A stretch of DNA of 64,000 nt. Origin: Octopus bimaculoides. Lineage: Eukaryota. Under the pieces are notes generated by a model that ran no database searches, was not told the DNA's origin, and saw only the letters and a list, made by a program, of their open reading frames with translations. This document shows, piece by piece, positions 62,701 to 64,000 of the stretch (positions are counted from its first letter, which is position 1; each line of letters begins with the position of its first letter). A program made the position numbers and the translations under genes. Location: positions 1 through 64,000 of the forward strand of contig NC_068987.1 in NCBI RefSeq assembly GCF_001194135.2, read 5' to 3'.

Positions 62701-63079
62701 CGGGACAATGGATTTGTGCGATTAGCAATTCGTCTGACCAGTTCGACTTTTTCAAACAGTGCATCTAGAGGCAGATTAACCAGTGTGACCTCTCTGGTAG
62801 TTTGTGATACGAGGGAGATTTGGTTGCTATAAAATTTTCTGGTAGTTTAAGCGAATAGAAGAGAAAATTCGTTCATCTTCCCATTTGAAACCTGTTGGTG
62901 AAGTCTCTAAAAACACATACGGAAAAATAGTTTCCAGTCCTACGACTAAAACAGTAATTTAAAATGCTACATAGTTTTGAATTAGTAAAATTCTCAGTAC
63001 ACATATCACTCCTTTCCGCTACACATTGCCAAGAAGCAGGTTCTGGTGGCAGTCAAGTTCATAACCCCTGATAGAATCC

Positions 63080-63260
63080 TTAGTAAGCTGGGCGAAATGC
63101 TTAGCGACATTTCGTTCGTCTCTACGTTCTGAGTTCAAATTTCGCTGGGATTGATTTTGCCTTTCATCCTTTCGAGGTCGTTAAAATAAGTACAAGTTGA
63201 GCACTAGGGTCGATGTAATCGACTTCATTCTCCCCAGAAATTGTTGATCTTGTGCTTAAA
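63080..63260 (+). mobile_element. SINE (second family)
   Basis: GGCGAAATGCTTAGC...GTTCTGAGTTCAAAT...TTTGCCTTTCATCCTTTCGAGGTCG...AAATAAGTAC, with related pieces elsewhere in the window. Confidence 0.7.
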
Positions 63261-63861
63261 TTTGAAAGCAATATAGGTTTCTAGTGATTTTATTTTTCTT
63301 GCGCTGATAATGTTTGTTACAAAGATATGACTGTAATTTCATTTTTAGTTAATGCAGTTGTCCTGTTTGCTAGACCGCATGTCATTTGATAAAGTTTCTC
63401 CTACAATGCTGTTTCCGAACAAAAAGCTTGTAGGCGTACTAGTTACTTGTACGACTGTGTGACCAGATGGGTAGGTTGAGTTCATCAGTCTCAGCTGGCA
63501 ACAGACCTAAGAAGAAAACTCCAATTTGAGCATAAGAAGCTTGTAAGCCTTGTCAGGTTATCTAATTTGGAAAAGGAAAATCCTACGTGTCACGTATGTG
63601 CCAAGGACCTTGATGTTACTGCCCTAGCTTGTAAAGCCATGTTGAACTATGGGTACAAAGGATCGGGTCACTTTCGATCGTACTGCACTTCACTAAAAGT
63701 GTACAGAAATAAACATTATTTTCCCTCTTACTGTTTTGCTTCGTTTTGAAAAATAAAAATTCATTTTATGGTTTGTTATTGCTTATATTTTGGATTACAT
63801 AATGTTTATGGAGACACCGAAGTCTTTTAAGTGCTTAATCCGGCCCTGCGTGCGGGTATCT

Positions 63862-64000
63862 GCGTTTGTCTTCCATCACCGCTTGACAACCAGTGTTGGT
63901 GTGTTTATATTATCGTAACTTAGCGGCTCGGCAAAATAAACAGATAGAATTAGTACTAGGGTTGATTCATTTGTCTAAAGATTCTTCAAGATGGTGCCCC
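63862..64000 (+). mobile_element. 3' half of the 48.8-kb SINE family
   Basis: ATCACCGCTTGACAACCAGTGTTGGTGTGTTTA...AACTTAGCGGCTCGGCAAAA matches 49060-49130. Confidence 0.75.

Overview
Eukaryotic, AT-rich, repeat-dense DNA with no bacterial features. It is most likely a coleoid cephalopod (Octopus-type) C2H2 zinc-finger gene cluster; this is inferred from the ZNF architecture and the SINE/RTE repeat types. Five paralogous poly-C2H2 genes lie at about 8, 22.7, 34.4, 43.9 and 58.6 kb in the orientation -,-,+,+,-. Each has its whole coding region in one terminal exon that opens with a conserved TATTTCAG acceptor and about 300-360 nt of 5' UTR. Three look intact (15-16 fingers); two have damaged N-termini (lost ATG plus two stops in one, an 8-nt frameshifting deletion in the other). 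The intergenic DNA is transposon debris: RTE LINEs, SINEs, two full-length decayed mariners, Tigger, hAT, Gypsy, Penelope-like, CRE-like and R4-like elements, plus a 33-bp satellite at the left end. The most unusual observations are (i) an inverted pair of complementary-defective hammerhead ribozyme motifs upstream of gene 1, (ii) several long palindromes in or beside the ZNF promoters, introns and 3' regions, including a TTAA-flanked 2.1-kb foldback and a young hairpin containing telomeric repeats, and (iii) visible start-codon and finger turnover among the paralogs. All assignments come from manual reading; no searches were run.
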